Positions 49,371 to 58,565 of a stretch of 64,000 bases of DNA are shown here, piece after piece; position 1 is the stretch's first letter, and each line of letters opens with the position of its first letter. The notes under the pieces are model-generated. The model had not been told where the DNA came from. It did no database searches and saw nothing but the letters and a program-made list of their open reading frames with translations. A program made the translations under genes and the position numbers. The stretch lies in sequence record SRR31156797_1719; one strand, 5' to 3'.

Positions 49371-50447
49371 ATGCATAACGAATACATGCGTTTGGCGATC
49401 GCAGAAGCCAAAAAAGGGCGTTACCAAACCTTTACCAATCCGCTAGTGGGCGCTGTGATCGTCAAAGAGCAACGGGTCATTGCTAAAGGGGCTCACTTAG
49501 TCTATGGGCAGCCCCATGCGGAACGAAACGCCATCGAACAATGCCATTCCTCCGAAGACCTAATCAATTCGACTTTATACGTGACGTTAGAACCTTGCAA
49601 CCATCAAGGAAAACAGCCGCCTTGCACCCAGCTGATCATCGACAGCGGCATCAAAAAGGTAGTCATCGGCCAGTTAGACCCTAACCCGATCATGGCTGGA
49701 CAAGGCAAGCGCTTTTTAGAAGAACAGGGCATCGACGTGTTGGTGGGCATCGAAGAAACAGCGGTGCGCCGTTTGAATCCACACTATAATTTTTACCATC
49801 AGCATCAGCGACCTTACGTGGCGTTGAAGCAAGCGATCACTTTAGATGGCCGGATCGCTCATGATGCGTTAACCCGCAGTGCGATCACTGGTTCAGCGGT
49901 TTGGCAAAACGTCCATCAAGAACGTGGAGACTATCAAGGAATCTTAGTGGGCAGTCAGACGGTGTTGACGGATGATCCCACGTTATTGACCACGGTTGAA
50001 ACCAACTTTCCGCCGATTCGCATCGTGTTAGACCGTCGGGGGCGAACGCTGTCGCAACCCCATTTGGCACTGTTTGCCGATGATTCGGCACCTGTGTGGA
50101 TTTTTACGCAGCAGACAACTGTCAGTGATTTGCCAGCTCATGTGTCAGTGATCCAGCTGGAAGAGTTGACAATTGTTTCATTGCTGAAGGAGCTTGCCGC
50201 ACGACAGGTCCAATCGCTTTACGTAGAAGGAGGCGCTGCGATCCATGATGCCTTTTTAGCCAGCGGACTGTGGCAAGAAAGCATTACCTATGTGGCGCCA
50301 AAGTTTCTTGGGGGCAATAGTCTCGCAAGTTTTACCAGTGAGCGTACCCCGAAACAGCTGCAGCAGCTAACAGAAGTGACGGTGACTGCAGTTGGGGAAG
50401 ATGTTTGCATCCGAGGAAGGAGACCAGAGGAATGTTCACAGGATTGA
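49371..50447 (+). CDS. ribD: Bifunctional pyrimidine deaminase/reductase
   Basis: NPLVGAVIV, HAE, YVTLEPCNH....PPC, DDPTL, VEGG. Confidence 0.95.
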   Translation: MHNEYMRLAIAEAKKGRYQTFTNPLVGAVIVKEQRVIAKGAHLVYGQPHAERNAIEQCHSSEDLINSTLYVTLEPCNHQGKQPPCTQLIIDSGIKKVVIGQLDPNPIMAGQGKRFLEEQGIDVLVGIEETAVRRLNPHYNFYHQHQRPYVALKQAITLDGRIAHDALTRSAITGSAVWQNVHQERGDYQGILVGSQTVLTDDPTLLTTVETNFPPIRIVLDRRGRTLSQPHLALFADDSAPVWIFTQQTTVSDLPAHVSVIQLEELTIVSLLKELAARQVQSLYVEGGAAIHDAFLASGLWQESITYVAPKFLGGNSLASFTSERTPKQLQQLTEVTVTAVGEDVCIRGRRPEECSQD

Positions 50448-51019
50448 TTCAGGAAAAAGGCCGCATCAAAGAGATCCGCAAGCAAAGCCGCACGATCCAG
50501 CTAACTTGCAGTGCGTCCGAAGGATTACTGGCGGATTACCAGATCGGAGACAGTATGGCGATCAACGGGACGTGTTTGACGGCGATCGCCAAACAAGCGA
50601 CGACGTTTACGGTGGATATCATGCCAGAAACCTTTCAACGAACGACCTTTAAACAACTCTCGGTGGGTGCCGAAGTCAATTTGGAGCGAGCGATGGCAGC
50701 AACGCAGCGTTTTGAAGGCCACTTTGTCGCTGGCCACATTGATGTAACGACCCGTTTGATCCAGAAAAAGCAGTTGGAAAATGCCTTGATCTTGACGTTT
50801 GCTTATCCTGTCAGTGTGCAAGGGGAAATCATTCCGCAAGGGTCGATTGCGATCAATGGCGTCAGTTTGACGGTTATCCAGACGACGGCACAGGCATTTT
50901 CCGTTAGCTTGATCCCCCATTCCAAAGACCAGACGACGCTGGGGCAGTTGAAACAAGGGGAGTGGGTCAATATCGAGACGGATATGATCGGGAAATATGT
51001 CAAATACCAACGAAAATGA
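50432..51019 (+). CDS. ribE: Riboflavin synthase
   Basis: MFTGLI start, GDSMAINGTCLT, VNLERA, GH.VAGHID. Confidence 0.95.
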   Translation: MFTGLIQEKGRIKEIRKQSRTIQLTCSASEGLLADYQIGDSMAINGTCLTAIAKQATTFTVDIMPETFQRTTFKQLSVGAEVNLERAMAATQRFEGHFVAGHIDVTTRLIQKKQLENALILTFAYPVSVQGEIIPQGSIAINGVSLTVIQTTAQAFSVSLIPHSKDQTTLGQLKQGEWVNIETDMIGKYVKYQRK

Positions 51020-51032
51020 AAGAAGGCAGACG

Positions 51033-52208
51033 ATGCATAAAGTAGAACAAGCAGTGGAATGGTTAAAAAAAGGCGGCTTAGTGATTGTCGCCGATGATGA
51101 AAATCGAGAATCAGAAGGAGATTTGATTGGGATCGCTGAATACGCAACGCCAGAAGCCGTCAATTTTATGGCGACTTATGGCCGCGGCTTGATCTGTGCA
51201 CCCATCTCACAAGCGATCGCTGAAAAGCTGGCATTGCCTGAGATGACCGCCAATAATACGGATGCCTTTGGCACCGCGTTTACCATCAGTGTCGATCACG
51301 TGACGACGAGTACGGGAATTTCTGCGAAAGACCGGGCAGTGACGATTGAAAAATTGGCTGATCCTGCGTCACAAGCTGCGGATTTTTATCGCCCTGGCCA
51401 TATCTTCCCATTGACCGCTCAACCTGGCGGCGTGTTGGAACGCAGAGGACATACAGAAGCGGCTGTGGATTTAGCAAAGCTTGCTGGCAGCGTGGAAGCA
51501 GCCTACATTTGTGAGATTTTAAATGAAGATGGCACGATGGCTCGGGTCCCAGAATTGAAAAAATTAGCAGAAAAATGGCAGCTGCCGTTTTTGACCATTG
51601 ATGAGTTGGCGGAATATCTACGAGGAACCACGCCTATCACGGTGGATCTGCCAACGGCTTTTGGGGCGTTCCAATTGACCTTATTTGAAGATGAGTTCGG
51701 CAATGAACACCTTTTATTAGCCAAAGGCGAGATTCAACATACTACCGAGCCGCTGTTACTACGGATCCATTCAGAGTGTTTAACAGGCGACGTCTTCGGC
51801 TCTCATCGCTGTGATTGCGGCGAACAGCTGCAAGAAGCGATGCGGCAGATCGAAGCAAAAGGCCGCGGTGCGATTTTGTATCTACGCCAAGAAGGCCGCG
51901 GTATTGGCTTGCGGAACAAGCTCCGTGCCTATCAGCTGCAGGAACAAGGCATGGATACTTATGAAGCAAATATTGCATTAGGGTTTGCAGCAGATGCCCG
52001 TCATTACACGTTTGCCGCTGATGTTTTACGTTTCTTAGAAGTGCAGGAGATTCAATTGATGACCAACAACCCTGACAAAGTGAAGGAATTAGAAAGATTA
52101 GGGATTAAGGTAGCAGAACGAGTACCGCTGGAGATGCCTGCGCATAAAGAAAACAGCAGCTATTTGAAAACGAAGAAAGAAAAGTTTCACCATTACCTAT
52201 CTATTTAA
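51033..52208 (+). CDS. ribBA: Bifunctional DHBP synthase / GTP cyclohydrolase II
   Basis: DDENRESEGD, RPGHIFPL, R.GHTEA, RIHSECLTGD...S.RCDCG.QL, QEGRGIGL, TNNP.K. Confidence 0.96.
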   Translation: MHKVEQAVEWLKKGGLVIVADDENRESEGDLIGIAEYATPEAVNFMATYGRGLICAPISQAIAEKLALPEMTANNTDAFGTAFTISVDHVTTSTGISAKDRAVTIEKLADPASQAADFYRPGHIFPLTAQPGGVLERRGHTEAAVDLAKLAGSVEAAYICEILNEDGTMARVPELKKLAEKWQLPFLTIDELAEYLRGTTPITVDLPTAFGAFQLTLFEDEFGNEHLLLAKGEIQHTTEPLLLRIHSECLTGDVFGSHRCDCGEQLQEAMRQIEAKGRGAILYLRQEGRGIGLRNKLRAYQLQEQGMDTYEANIALGFAADARHYTFAADVLRFLEVQEIQLMTNNPDKVKELERLGIKVAERVPLEMPAHKENSSYLKTKKEKFHHYLSI

Positions 52209-52229
52209 TCAACCAAAGGAGAATGAGCG

Positions 52230-52703
52230 ATGACAGTATTTGAAGGAACGTTTCAGGGAGAGGCAGTCAAAGTAGGGATCGTGGTCTCACGATTCAACGA
52301 GTTTATCACTTCCAAGTTAGTGGAAGGCGCCAAAGACAATTTGTTGCGTCATGGAGTCAAAGCAGAAAACATCGATGTGTATTGGGTTCCAGGGGCTTAT
52401 GAGATTCCGTATATTACCAAAAAAATCGTTGACCACAAACAATACGATGGGATCGTGACATTAGGTGCCTTGATTCGCGGAGCAACGACCCACTATGAAT
52501 TGATCTCAAATGAAGTGGCGAAAGGCGTAGCCCAAATTGGTCTGAATGCCGACATTCCGATCATGTTTGGTGTGTTGACGACTGAAACGATTGAACAAGC
52601 CATTGAACGGGCGGGAACCAAAGCTGGCAACAAAGGCAGCGAAGCCGCTCAAGGTCTTTTGGAGATGATTTCGTTGAATCAGCAAATCCTTGGCAACGCA
52701 TAG
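52230..52703 (+). CDS. ribH: 6,7-dimethyl-8-ribityllumazine synthase
   Basis: [36 protein letters not shown]. Confidence 0.97.
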   Translation: MTVFEGTFQGEAVKVGIVVSRFNEFITSKLVEGAKDNLLRHGVKAENIDVYWVPGAYEIPYITKKIVDHKQYDGIVTLGALIRGATTHYELISNEVAKGVAQIGLNADIPIMFGVLTTETIEQAIERAGTKAGNKGSEAAQGLLEMISLNQQILGNA

Positions 52704-52768
52704 GTTTCACGTTCGAACAAAGGGAAGCTAGCAAGAACAAGCCTGCCTGAGCATAGGCATCAGACTGG

Positions 52769-52806
52769 AGACAGACTTCGTACAAAATGAAGTCTGTCTT
52801 TTTTTC
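52769..52806 (+). terminator. rib operon terminator
   Basis: AGACAGACTTC...GAAGTCTGTCT followed by T-run. Confidence 0.8.
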
Positions 52807-52934
52807 ATCATAAAAAAACACTTGATTATTATGCCAAAGGATTCGCTTCTTCACGGGTACCGTATTTTCGATAGGTCAATGGAGAGGAAAACGCCCAATC
52901 AAACACGAACATTAGAATAACTCTTATTTAAGGA

Positions 52935-53006
52935 AATTTTCAGAAAATTATTTACATTTCACAAAAGGTTCCTTATAATGACTCTATTCATTGAGAGTGA
53001 TTCTCA
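52935..53006 (+). promoter_or_regulatory. Promoter with a perfect CodY box and a Fur-like box
   Basis: AATTTTCAGAAAATT (52935-52949), TTTACA-17-TATAAT (52951-52979), TGAGAGTGATTCTCA 7-1-7 dyad (52992-53006). Confidence 0.75.
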
Positions 53007-53175
53007 TTTGCAAATAGATGTCAAAGCAGCACATGACCTTGGCGCTTTTCATGAGAAGAACTGTTATAAGCGAAAAAACGCACAGATGCTTCTTTTATGA
53101 TGGCGGCGAGGCAACAGTCAAGGTTGTTTTTGCTGTGAAATCAGGAGGGAGTCGTGCTGAATAAAGGAGAATCAC

Positions 53176-54249
53176 ATGTCGGTAGGGTTGATTAAATCAA
53201 ATCGTTGGATGGTTTCGACAATCATTTGCTGTGTTTTAGTTGTCGCCATTCTCTTATCTGCAGGAGTTGCTTTGGCAAACGGCCAAGCCAATATCACCCT
53301 TGGCGAAGTTTACCAAATTCTCTTCTATAAAATCAGCCATGGATTGGTTGGTGATCTTTCAGGCATTTCAGACGCAAACATCAATATCGTCTGGTTTGTT
53401 CGGGCACCGCGGGTCTTGCTTTCTATTTTTGTAGGCATGGGGTTAGCGATCAGCGGGGCAGTGATGCAGGCAGTGGTCCAAAATCCGCTGGCAGATCCCT
53501 ATATCTTAGGAATCTCTTCTGGCGCATCCTTAGGGGCGACCTTCGCCATCTTAGTCGGTTTTGGCGGCTCGGCGCTAGTCTTGCAGCTGGGCTTATCGTT
53601 TGGTGCCTTTGCAGGAGCGGGGATTGCCACCATTTTGGTGCTGCTGCTTGCCAGTATCGGTGGGAAAATGACGTCCACAAAACTCGTGCTGTCGGGGACG
53701 ATCGTCAGTGCCTTATGCAGCTCTGTTTCAAACTTGATCATCTATCTGGCTAGCAATGCGGAAGGGATGAAGACTGTGGCGTTTTGGTCGATGGGCAGCC
53801 TAGCCTCGGCTTCTTGGAACAAATTGGGCTTTATCGTGGTTCTGGTTTCTTTGATCACGCTGTTCTTCCTGACGCAATACCGTGTTTTGAATACGCTTTT
53901 GCTGGGAGATGAAGTTGCTTCCACCTTAGGGGTTAAGCTGACCTTCTATCGTCGTTTTTACATGCTGCTAGCAGCGCTATTAACTAGTATCATCGTTGCG
54001 AATTCTGGTATGATCGGCTTTGTCGGTTTGATTATTCCTCATATCGTACGTGGAGTCAGCGGGTCGGATCATCGCCTGTTGATGCCTTTGACCGCTTTGA
54101 CAGGCGCGTTATTTTTGATTTGGGCGGATGTGATCGCCCGCTCGACCCTGCAAGGAGTCGAACTGCCGATCGGGATCATTACAGCGCTGATCGGTGCACC
54201 GATCTTTATCTATATCATTGTCAAACGGCAATACAACTTTGGGGGGTGA
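53176..54249 (+). CDS. FecCD family iron-chelate ABC permease
   Basis: R.PRVL....VG.GLA.SGAVMQA...NPLADPYILGISSGASLGA, IGFVGLIIPH. Confidence 0.93.
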   Translation: MSVGLIKSNRWMVSTIICCVLVVAILLSAGVALANGQANITLGEVYQILFYKISHGLVGDLSGISDANINIVWFVRAPRVLLSIFVGMGLAISGAVMQAVVQNPLADPYILGISSGASLGATFAILVGFGGSALVLQLGLSFGAFAGAGIATILVLLLASIGGKMTSTKLVLSGTIVSALCSSVSNLIIYLASNAEGMKTVAFWSMGSLASASWNKLGFIVVLVSLITLFFLTQYRVLNTLLLGDEVASTLGVKLTFYRRFYMLLAALLTSIIVANSGMIGFVGLIIPHIVRGVSGSDHRLLMPLTALTGALFLIWADVIARSTLQGVELPIGIITALIGAPIFIYIIVKRQYNFGG

Positions 54250-54253
54250 CGGA

Positions 54254-55036
54254 ATGAAATTAGCAGTTGAAAAGCTCAATCTGACGATCGGGGATCAGCA
54301 GATACTAAAAGACATCTCCGTCCAAACCGCACAGGGGCAATTTGTCGGCTTGATTGGTTCCAACGGCAGCGGCAAATCTACATTGTTAAAAGCTATCTAC
54401 AAAACGTTGAAACCTGACAGCGGCGACATTTATTTAGGTGAGATGAATATTTTGAAAAGTTCCGAAAAAAAAGTCGCCCAGCAAGTCAGCGTCGTCAGTC
54501 AGTTCAATGAGTTGAGCTTTGATTTAACAGTAGAACAGATGGTACTTTTAGGCCGCACGCCCCACAAGGGTCTATTGGAACAAGACACCAAAGCCGATCA
54601 TGAGCTGGTCACCGAAGCCTTAGCCAAAACAGGGTTAAGTGCCTACAGAAAACGCAGTTACCTCTCATTATCAGGAGGCGAAAAACAGCGGGTCGTCCTT
54701 GCTCGTGCCATCACCCAAGAACCGAAATTTATGATTCTCGATGAGCCGACCAATCATTTGGATATCCGATATCAACTGGAAATCTTAGAGACCGTCAAGC
54801 ATCTGAAGATTGGCTTGTTGGCGGCGCTGCATAATTTGGAACAAGCAGCCAACTATTGCGACATCATCTATGCCTTAAAAGATGGTCGGGTCGTAGGGTA
54901 TGGCGAGCCAGAAACGTTGCTGACAGAAGAACTGATCGAAGAAATCTATGGCGTGAAATGCAGTATTTACCATCATCCGATCACAGGCGGATTAGGGTTT
55001 CATTATTATTTTGAAAAGGAGCAAACAGATGAATAA
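54254..55036 (+). CDS. Iron-chelate ABC transporter ATP-binding protein
   Basis: GSNGSGKST, LGRTPH, LSGGEKQR, LDEPTNHLD. Confidence 0.93.
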   Translation: MKLAVEKLNLTIGDQQILKDISVQTAQGQFVGLIGSNGSGKSTLLKAIYKTLKPDSGDIYLGEMNILKSSEKKVAQQVSVVSQFNELSFDLTVEQMVLLGRTPHKGLLEQDTKADHELVTEALAKTGLSAYRKRSYLSLSGGEKQRVVLARAITQEPKFMILDEPTNHLDIRYQLEILETVKHLKIGLLAALHNLEQAANYCDIIYALKDGRVVGYGEPETLLTEELIEEIYGVKCSIYHHPITGGLGFHYYFEKEQTDE

Positions 55037-56042
55037 ATGGGGAAAAATGATTGGGGTAGGATTGGCAGTCTTTACATTAAGCGCTTGCGGCAATGCGAAG
55101 GATGAAGGAACTTCGGCTTCTTCCTCACAGGCAGAAAGTACGTATCCTTTAACCATCAGCAACTACACCAAAGCAGAGGGCGGCACGCAGTGGACTGCCA
55201 AGGACCAAACCTTTAATGAGGCACCGAAAAAAGTCGTAGCCAACACACGACCAGCAGCGGAATTGCTGCTGCATCTCGGCCTCAAGGATCAGATTGCGGG
55301 TGTCGGGGCAACCTTTGGTGCCGCCGATGAGGAAGTTGCTGCCGATTATGCAGAACTAAACGACCTGGGCAGCGACTATATCAGTAAAGAAACGGCGCTC
55401 AGTGTGGATCCAGATTTGATTTTTGGTCGCGGGGGACTTTTCGATAACCAAGATTGGGGCGTCGGCACCGTTGATTCCTTGAACGAGATGGGCATTCCGA
55501 CTTACGTCCAAGAAACCTCTGTCACTGGGGCGACGTTTGATTCCGTTTATCAAGACATTGAAAACCTTGGTAAGCTCTTCAATGTCCCTGAGGCAGCCGC
55601 TGCTTTTGAAAAAGAATTAAAGGATCGCCAGAGTGCCTTGGAAGAAAAAGTAGCAGACAAAGAAGAGCAAACCTTTGCCCATCTCTTTATGTCTGATCCA
55701 AGTGTGGTCAGTGTCTATGCCGCTCAGGACGAATCTTTTTTCAACAGCAACTTTGACATGATCAAACTGAACAATGTGTTTCAAGACTATTCAGGAGAAG
55801 TCAGTGTCGAAACCTTGATCGAAACGGATCCCGATGTCTTGATCGTCGGTGACTGGTCAACGATCGAAGGCAGTGTTTCTGGTCAAGAAATCATTGAAGG
55901 CTTGTACAAAAATGACAAACTTTCCAGCATGAAAGCCATCAAAAACAAACAAGTCTACAGCATGGACTACAATTATCTCTTTGGCTACGGCTACCAAGCC
56001 TTGACTGGATTGGAAGAACTGGTAGAGCAAATGGCACAATAA
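55029..56042 (+). CDS. Iron-chelate ABC substrate-binding lipoprotein
   Basis: Lipobox LSAC, PKKVV, S.E..LS.DPDLI, VSVE.LI..DPDVLIV, AIKNKQVY. Confidence 0.9.
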   Translation: MNKWGKMIGVGLAVFTLSACGNAKDEGTSASSSQAESTYPLTISNYTKAEGGTQWTAKDQTFNEAPKKVVANTRPAAELLLHLGLKDQIAGVGATFGAADEEVAADYAELNDLGSDYISKETALSVDPDLIFGRGGLFDNQDWGVGTVDSLNEMGIPTYVQETSVTGATFDSVYQDIENLGKLFNVPEAAAAFEKELKDRQSALEEKVADKEEQTFAHLFMSDPSVVSVYAAQDESFFNSNFDMIKLNNVFQDYSGEVSVETLIETDPDVLIVGDWSTIEGSVSGQEIIEGLYKNDKLSSMKAIKNKQVYSMDYNYLFGYGYQALTGLEELVEQMAQ

Positions 56043-56091
56043 GCACCTCCTACTGCATAAAAAGGAGAACCAACTTTTTATATAATAGAAG

Positions 56092-56139
56092 AAAACCAAC
56101 GTTTCACTGGCCGATCGACCACAGAAACGTTGGTTTTTT
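56092..56139. terminator. Bidirectional terminator
   Basis: AAAACCAACGTTTC...GAAACGTTGGTTTT. Confidence 0.75.
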
Positions 56140-56191
56140 GTATTTGGGAAAAGCAACCTTTGCCGCTGCCCGTTCCGCAACAAGTAGCCCG

Positions 56192-56533
56192 TTAGCTGTT
56201 TTTTTCTGTCACGTGGTCCATTTGATAGCGAGATAATAGCTTCTCTTTGTGTTTTTGCATGATCGTTTCTAGAGAAATATCATATTTATCGGCGAGAATA
56301 AATAAGTTATCCAGTACATCACCCAATTCTTCCGTCAGGTTTGCCAGTTTTTCTTCTGGCAAGCCTTCTTGTTCATCGGGACGGTCGCGACCGATCTCCA
56401 ATGTCCGAATGGCACGGCTCACTTCACCGACTTCCTCTGCTAAAAAATTCGCCCGAATAAACGGATCGTACTGATACCAGTTGCGGGCTTTGTAGAAGTC
56501 ACTGATAAATCGTTGATACTCCTCAATGTTCAT
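56192..56533 (-). CDS. MazG-like nucleotide pyrophosphohydrolase
   Basis: LAEEVGEV...EELGDVL; start ATG 56533. Confidence 0.88.
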   Translation of the reverse strand: MNIEEYQRFISDFYKARNWYQYDPFIRANFLAEEVGEVSRAIRTLEIGRDRPDEQEGLPEEKLANLTEELGDVLDNLFILADKYDISLETIMQKHKEKLLSRYQMDHVTEKNS

Positions 56534-56619
56534 AAATTTTTTTCCATCCTTTCCCAGAACCTTTATCAGAATCATGATATACTATTTCAAAATGATTGAG
56601 AAGGATGATGGAGAGTTTT

Positions 56620-57180
56620 ATGAAAATTGCAGTCTATTGTGGTGCCAGTGTCGGTAATGAACCTAGTTTTGCAACAGCCGCCCAAGAATTGGGGCAGTGG
56701 ATCGCCTCACGAAAAAATACGCTGGTTTATGGTGGCGGAAAAGCGGGCTTGATGGGCGTATTGGCAGATGCTGTCTTAGAAAATGGCGGTCAGGTGATCG
56801 GGGTGATCCCAACCTTTTTAAAAGATCGGGAACTAGCACATCCTGGATTGACCGAGCTCCATGTCGTCGAGACGATGTCAGAAAGAAAACGGAAAATGTT
56901 CGAATTATCTCAGGCCTTTGTCGCACTACCAGGCGGTCCTGGTACGCTGGAAGAAATCACGGAGATGATCTCATGGTCAAGAATCGGTCAGAACCCGAAT
57001 CCGTGTGCTTTTTATGATGTGAACAATTTTTACCGCGCAACGAGAGCCTTGTATGACAATATGGTGGAAAATGAGTTCTTGACGCAGGCCGATCGCGAAA
57101 AAATTGGCTTTGCGCAAACAACGATTGAACTTGAAGCCTTTATTCAAGCCTACGAACCACCAGTTATTCGGCAGTATTAA
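56620..57180 (+). CDS. LOG family (TIGR00730) nucleotide phosphoribohydrolase
   Basis: VYCGAS.G, LVYGGG..GLMG, M.ERK, PGGPGTLEE. Confidence 0.92.
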   Translation: MKIAVYCGASVGNEPSFATAAQELGQWIASRKNTLVYGGGKAGLMGVLADAVLENGGQVIGVIPTFLKDRELAHPGLTELHVVETMSERKRKMFELSQAFVALPGGPGTLEEITEMISWSRIGQNPNPCAFYDVNNFYRATRALYDNMVENEFLTQADREKIGFAQTTIELEAFIQAYEPPVIRQY

Positions 57181-57327
57181 GCGTCTGTTGCAAAAGAGCA
57201 AGGCGAAGCACCGACGGGTGTCGTCTTGCTCTTTTGCTTCTTTGACGCATTCTTAGTATAATGGGGTTTGTTTTGCAAGTGGGGGTCATAAAAGAAGATC
57301 CTTGGACAAAGAAATGGAGCGTAAATC

Positions 57328-58296
57328 ATGACAACAAATTTTTGGGCTGAATTGCCGAAGCCTTTTTTTATCCTAGCACCAATGGAAGATGTCACCGATG
57401 TCGTTTTTCGGCATGTCGTTCAAGCTGCCGGCGCACCAGATGTTTTCTTTACGGAATTTACCAATTCCGATAGTTACTGCCATCCAGAAGGACGCGACAG
57501 TGTGCGAGGACGTTTAGTCTTCACCGAAGATGAGCAACCGATGGTGGCCCACATTTGGGGCGACAAGCCAGAGTATTTCCGTGAGATGAGTATCGGCTTA
57601 GCGGAGATGGGCTTTAAAGGGATCGACTTAAATATGGGCTGCCCAGTGCCAAACGTTGTCGGACGAGGCAAAGGCAGCGGCTTGATCTTGCGACCAGACG
57701 TTGCTGCTGAGCTGATCCAAGCAGCCAAAGCTGGCGGTCTGCCGGTCAGTGTCAAGACTCGTTTGGGCTATACCGAACTAGGAGAAATGGAAGCTTGGTT
57801 GACCCATGTCCTGCAACAGGATATCGCCAACCTTTCGATCCATTTGCGAACCCGCAAAGAAATGAGCAAGGTCGATGCTCATTGGGAATTGATTCCTGAA
57901 GTGGTTACCTTGCGGGATAGAATCGCCCCACAAACGAAGCTGACGATCAACGGCGATATCCCTGATCGTACCAAAGGTTTGGAGCTAGCAGAAAAATATG
58001 GCGTAGACGGAATCATGATCGGCCGGGGTATTTTCAAGAATCCCTATGCCTTTGAAAAAGAACCGAAAGAGCATACCTCAGAAGAGCTATTAGGCTTGTT
58101 GCAGCTGCAATTAGATCTGCAGGACCATTACGCCAAAATGGTGCCACGCTCGATCGCAGGATTGCATCGTTTCTTTAAAATCTATGTCAAAGGCTTCCCT
58201 GGAGCCAGTGATTTGCGGGCAAAATTGATGAATACCAAATCAACGGATGAAGTTCGGCAACTGCTGGCAGAGTTTGCTGAGGGAAAGACAGAATAA
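57328..58296 (+). CDS. dus: tRNA-dihydrouridine synthase
   Basis: [39 protein letters not shown]. Confidence 0.93.
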   Translation: MTTNFWAELPKPFFILAPMEDVTDVVFRHVVQAAGAPDVFFTEFTNSDSYCHPEGRDSVRGRLVFTEDEQPMVAHIWGDKPEYFREMSIGLAEMGFKGIDLNMGCPVPNVVGRGKGSGLILRPDVAAELIQAAKAGGLPVSVKTRLGYTELGEMEAWLTHVLQQDIANLSIHLRTRKEMSKVDAHWELIPEVVTLRDRIAPQTKLTINGDIPDRTKGLELAEKYGVDGIMIGRGIFKNPYAFEKEPKEHTSEELLGLLQLQLDLQDHYAKMVPRSIAGLHRFFKIYVKGFPGASDLRAKLMNTKSTDEVRQLLAEFAEGKTE

Positions 58297-58390
58297 CTTA
58301 GGCTGCTCCTTAAAGAAAGACGAGTGAAATAGATCGAAAGTAAGATGATCGTTTGCTGAACGGGTGATTATTAATAAATGTAAACATAAT

Positions 58391-58437
58391 AAAGCAGTTC
58401 CCTTTTTCTTTTATTCGAAAAATGGGACTGCTTTTTT
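58391..58437 (+). terminator. Intrinsic terminator
   Basis: AAAGCAGTTCC...GGGACTGCTTT followed by T-run. Confidence 0.7.
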
Positions 58438-58565
58438 GTTTTTGCATTGATCGATAGTGAAGCAACTATGTTTCTTATCTGTAGATAGTTCAATTAATAT
58501 CGGTGAAAAGTGAATTGTATCCGTTTTCTATCTTGCTTAAAATAAGAAAAAAAAGGAGGAATTCC

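Noticed and set aside
50525-51163. 212-aa antisense ORF, and many other antisense/alternate-frame track ORFs inside ATPase, PTS, photolyase and rib genes
   Set aside because: Shadow ORFs of well-supported genes, with no RBS or motifs
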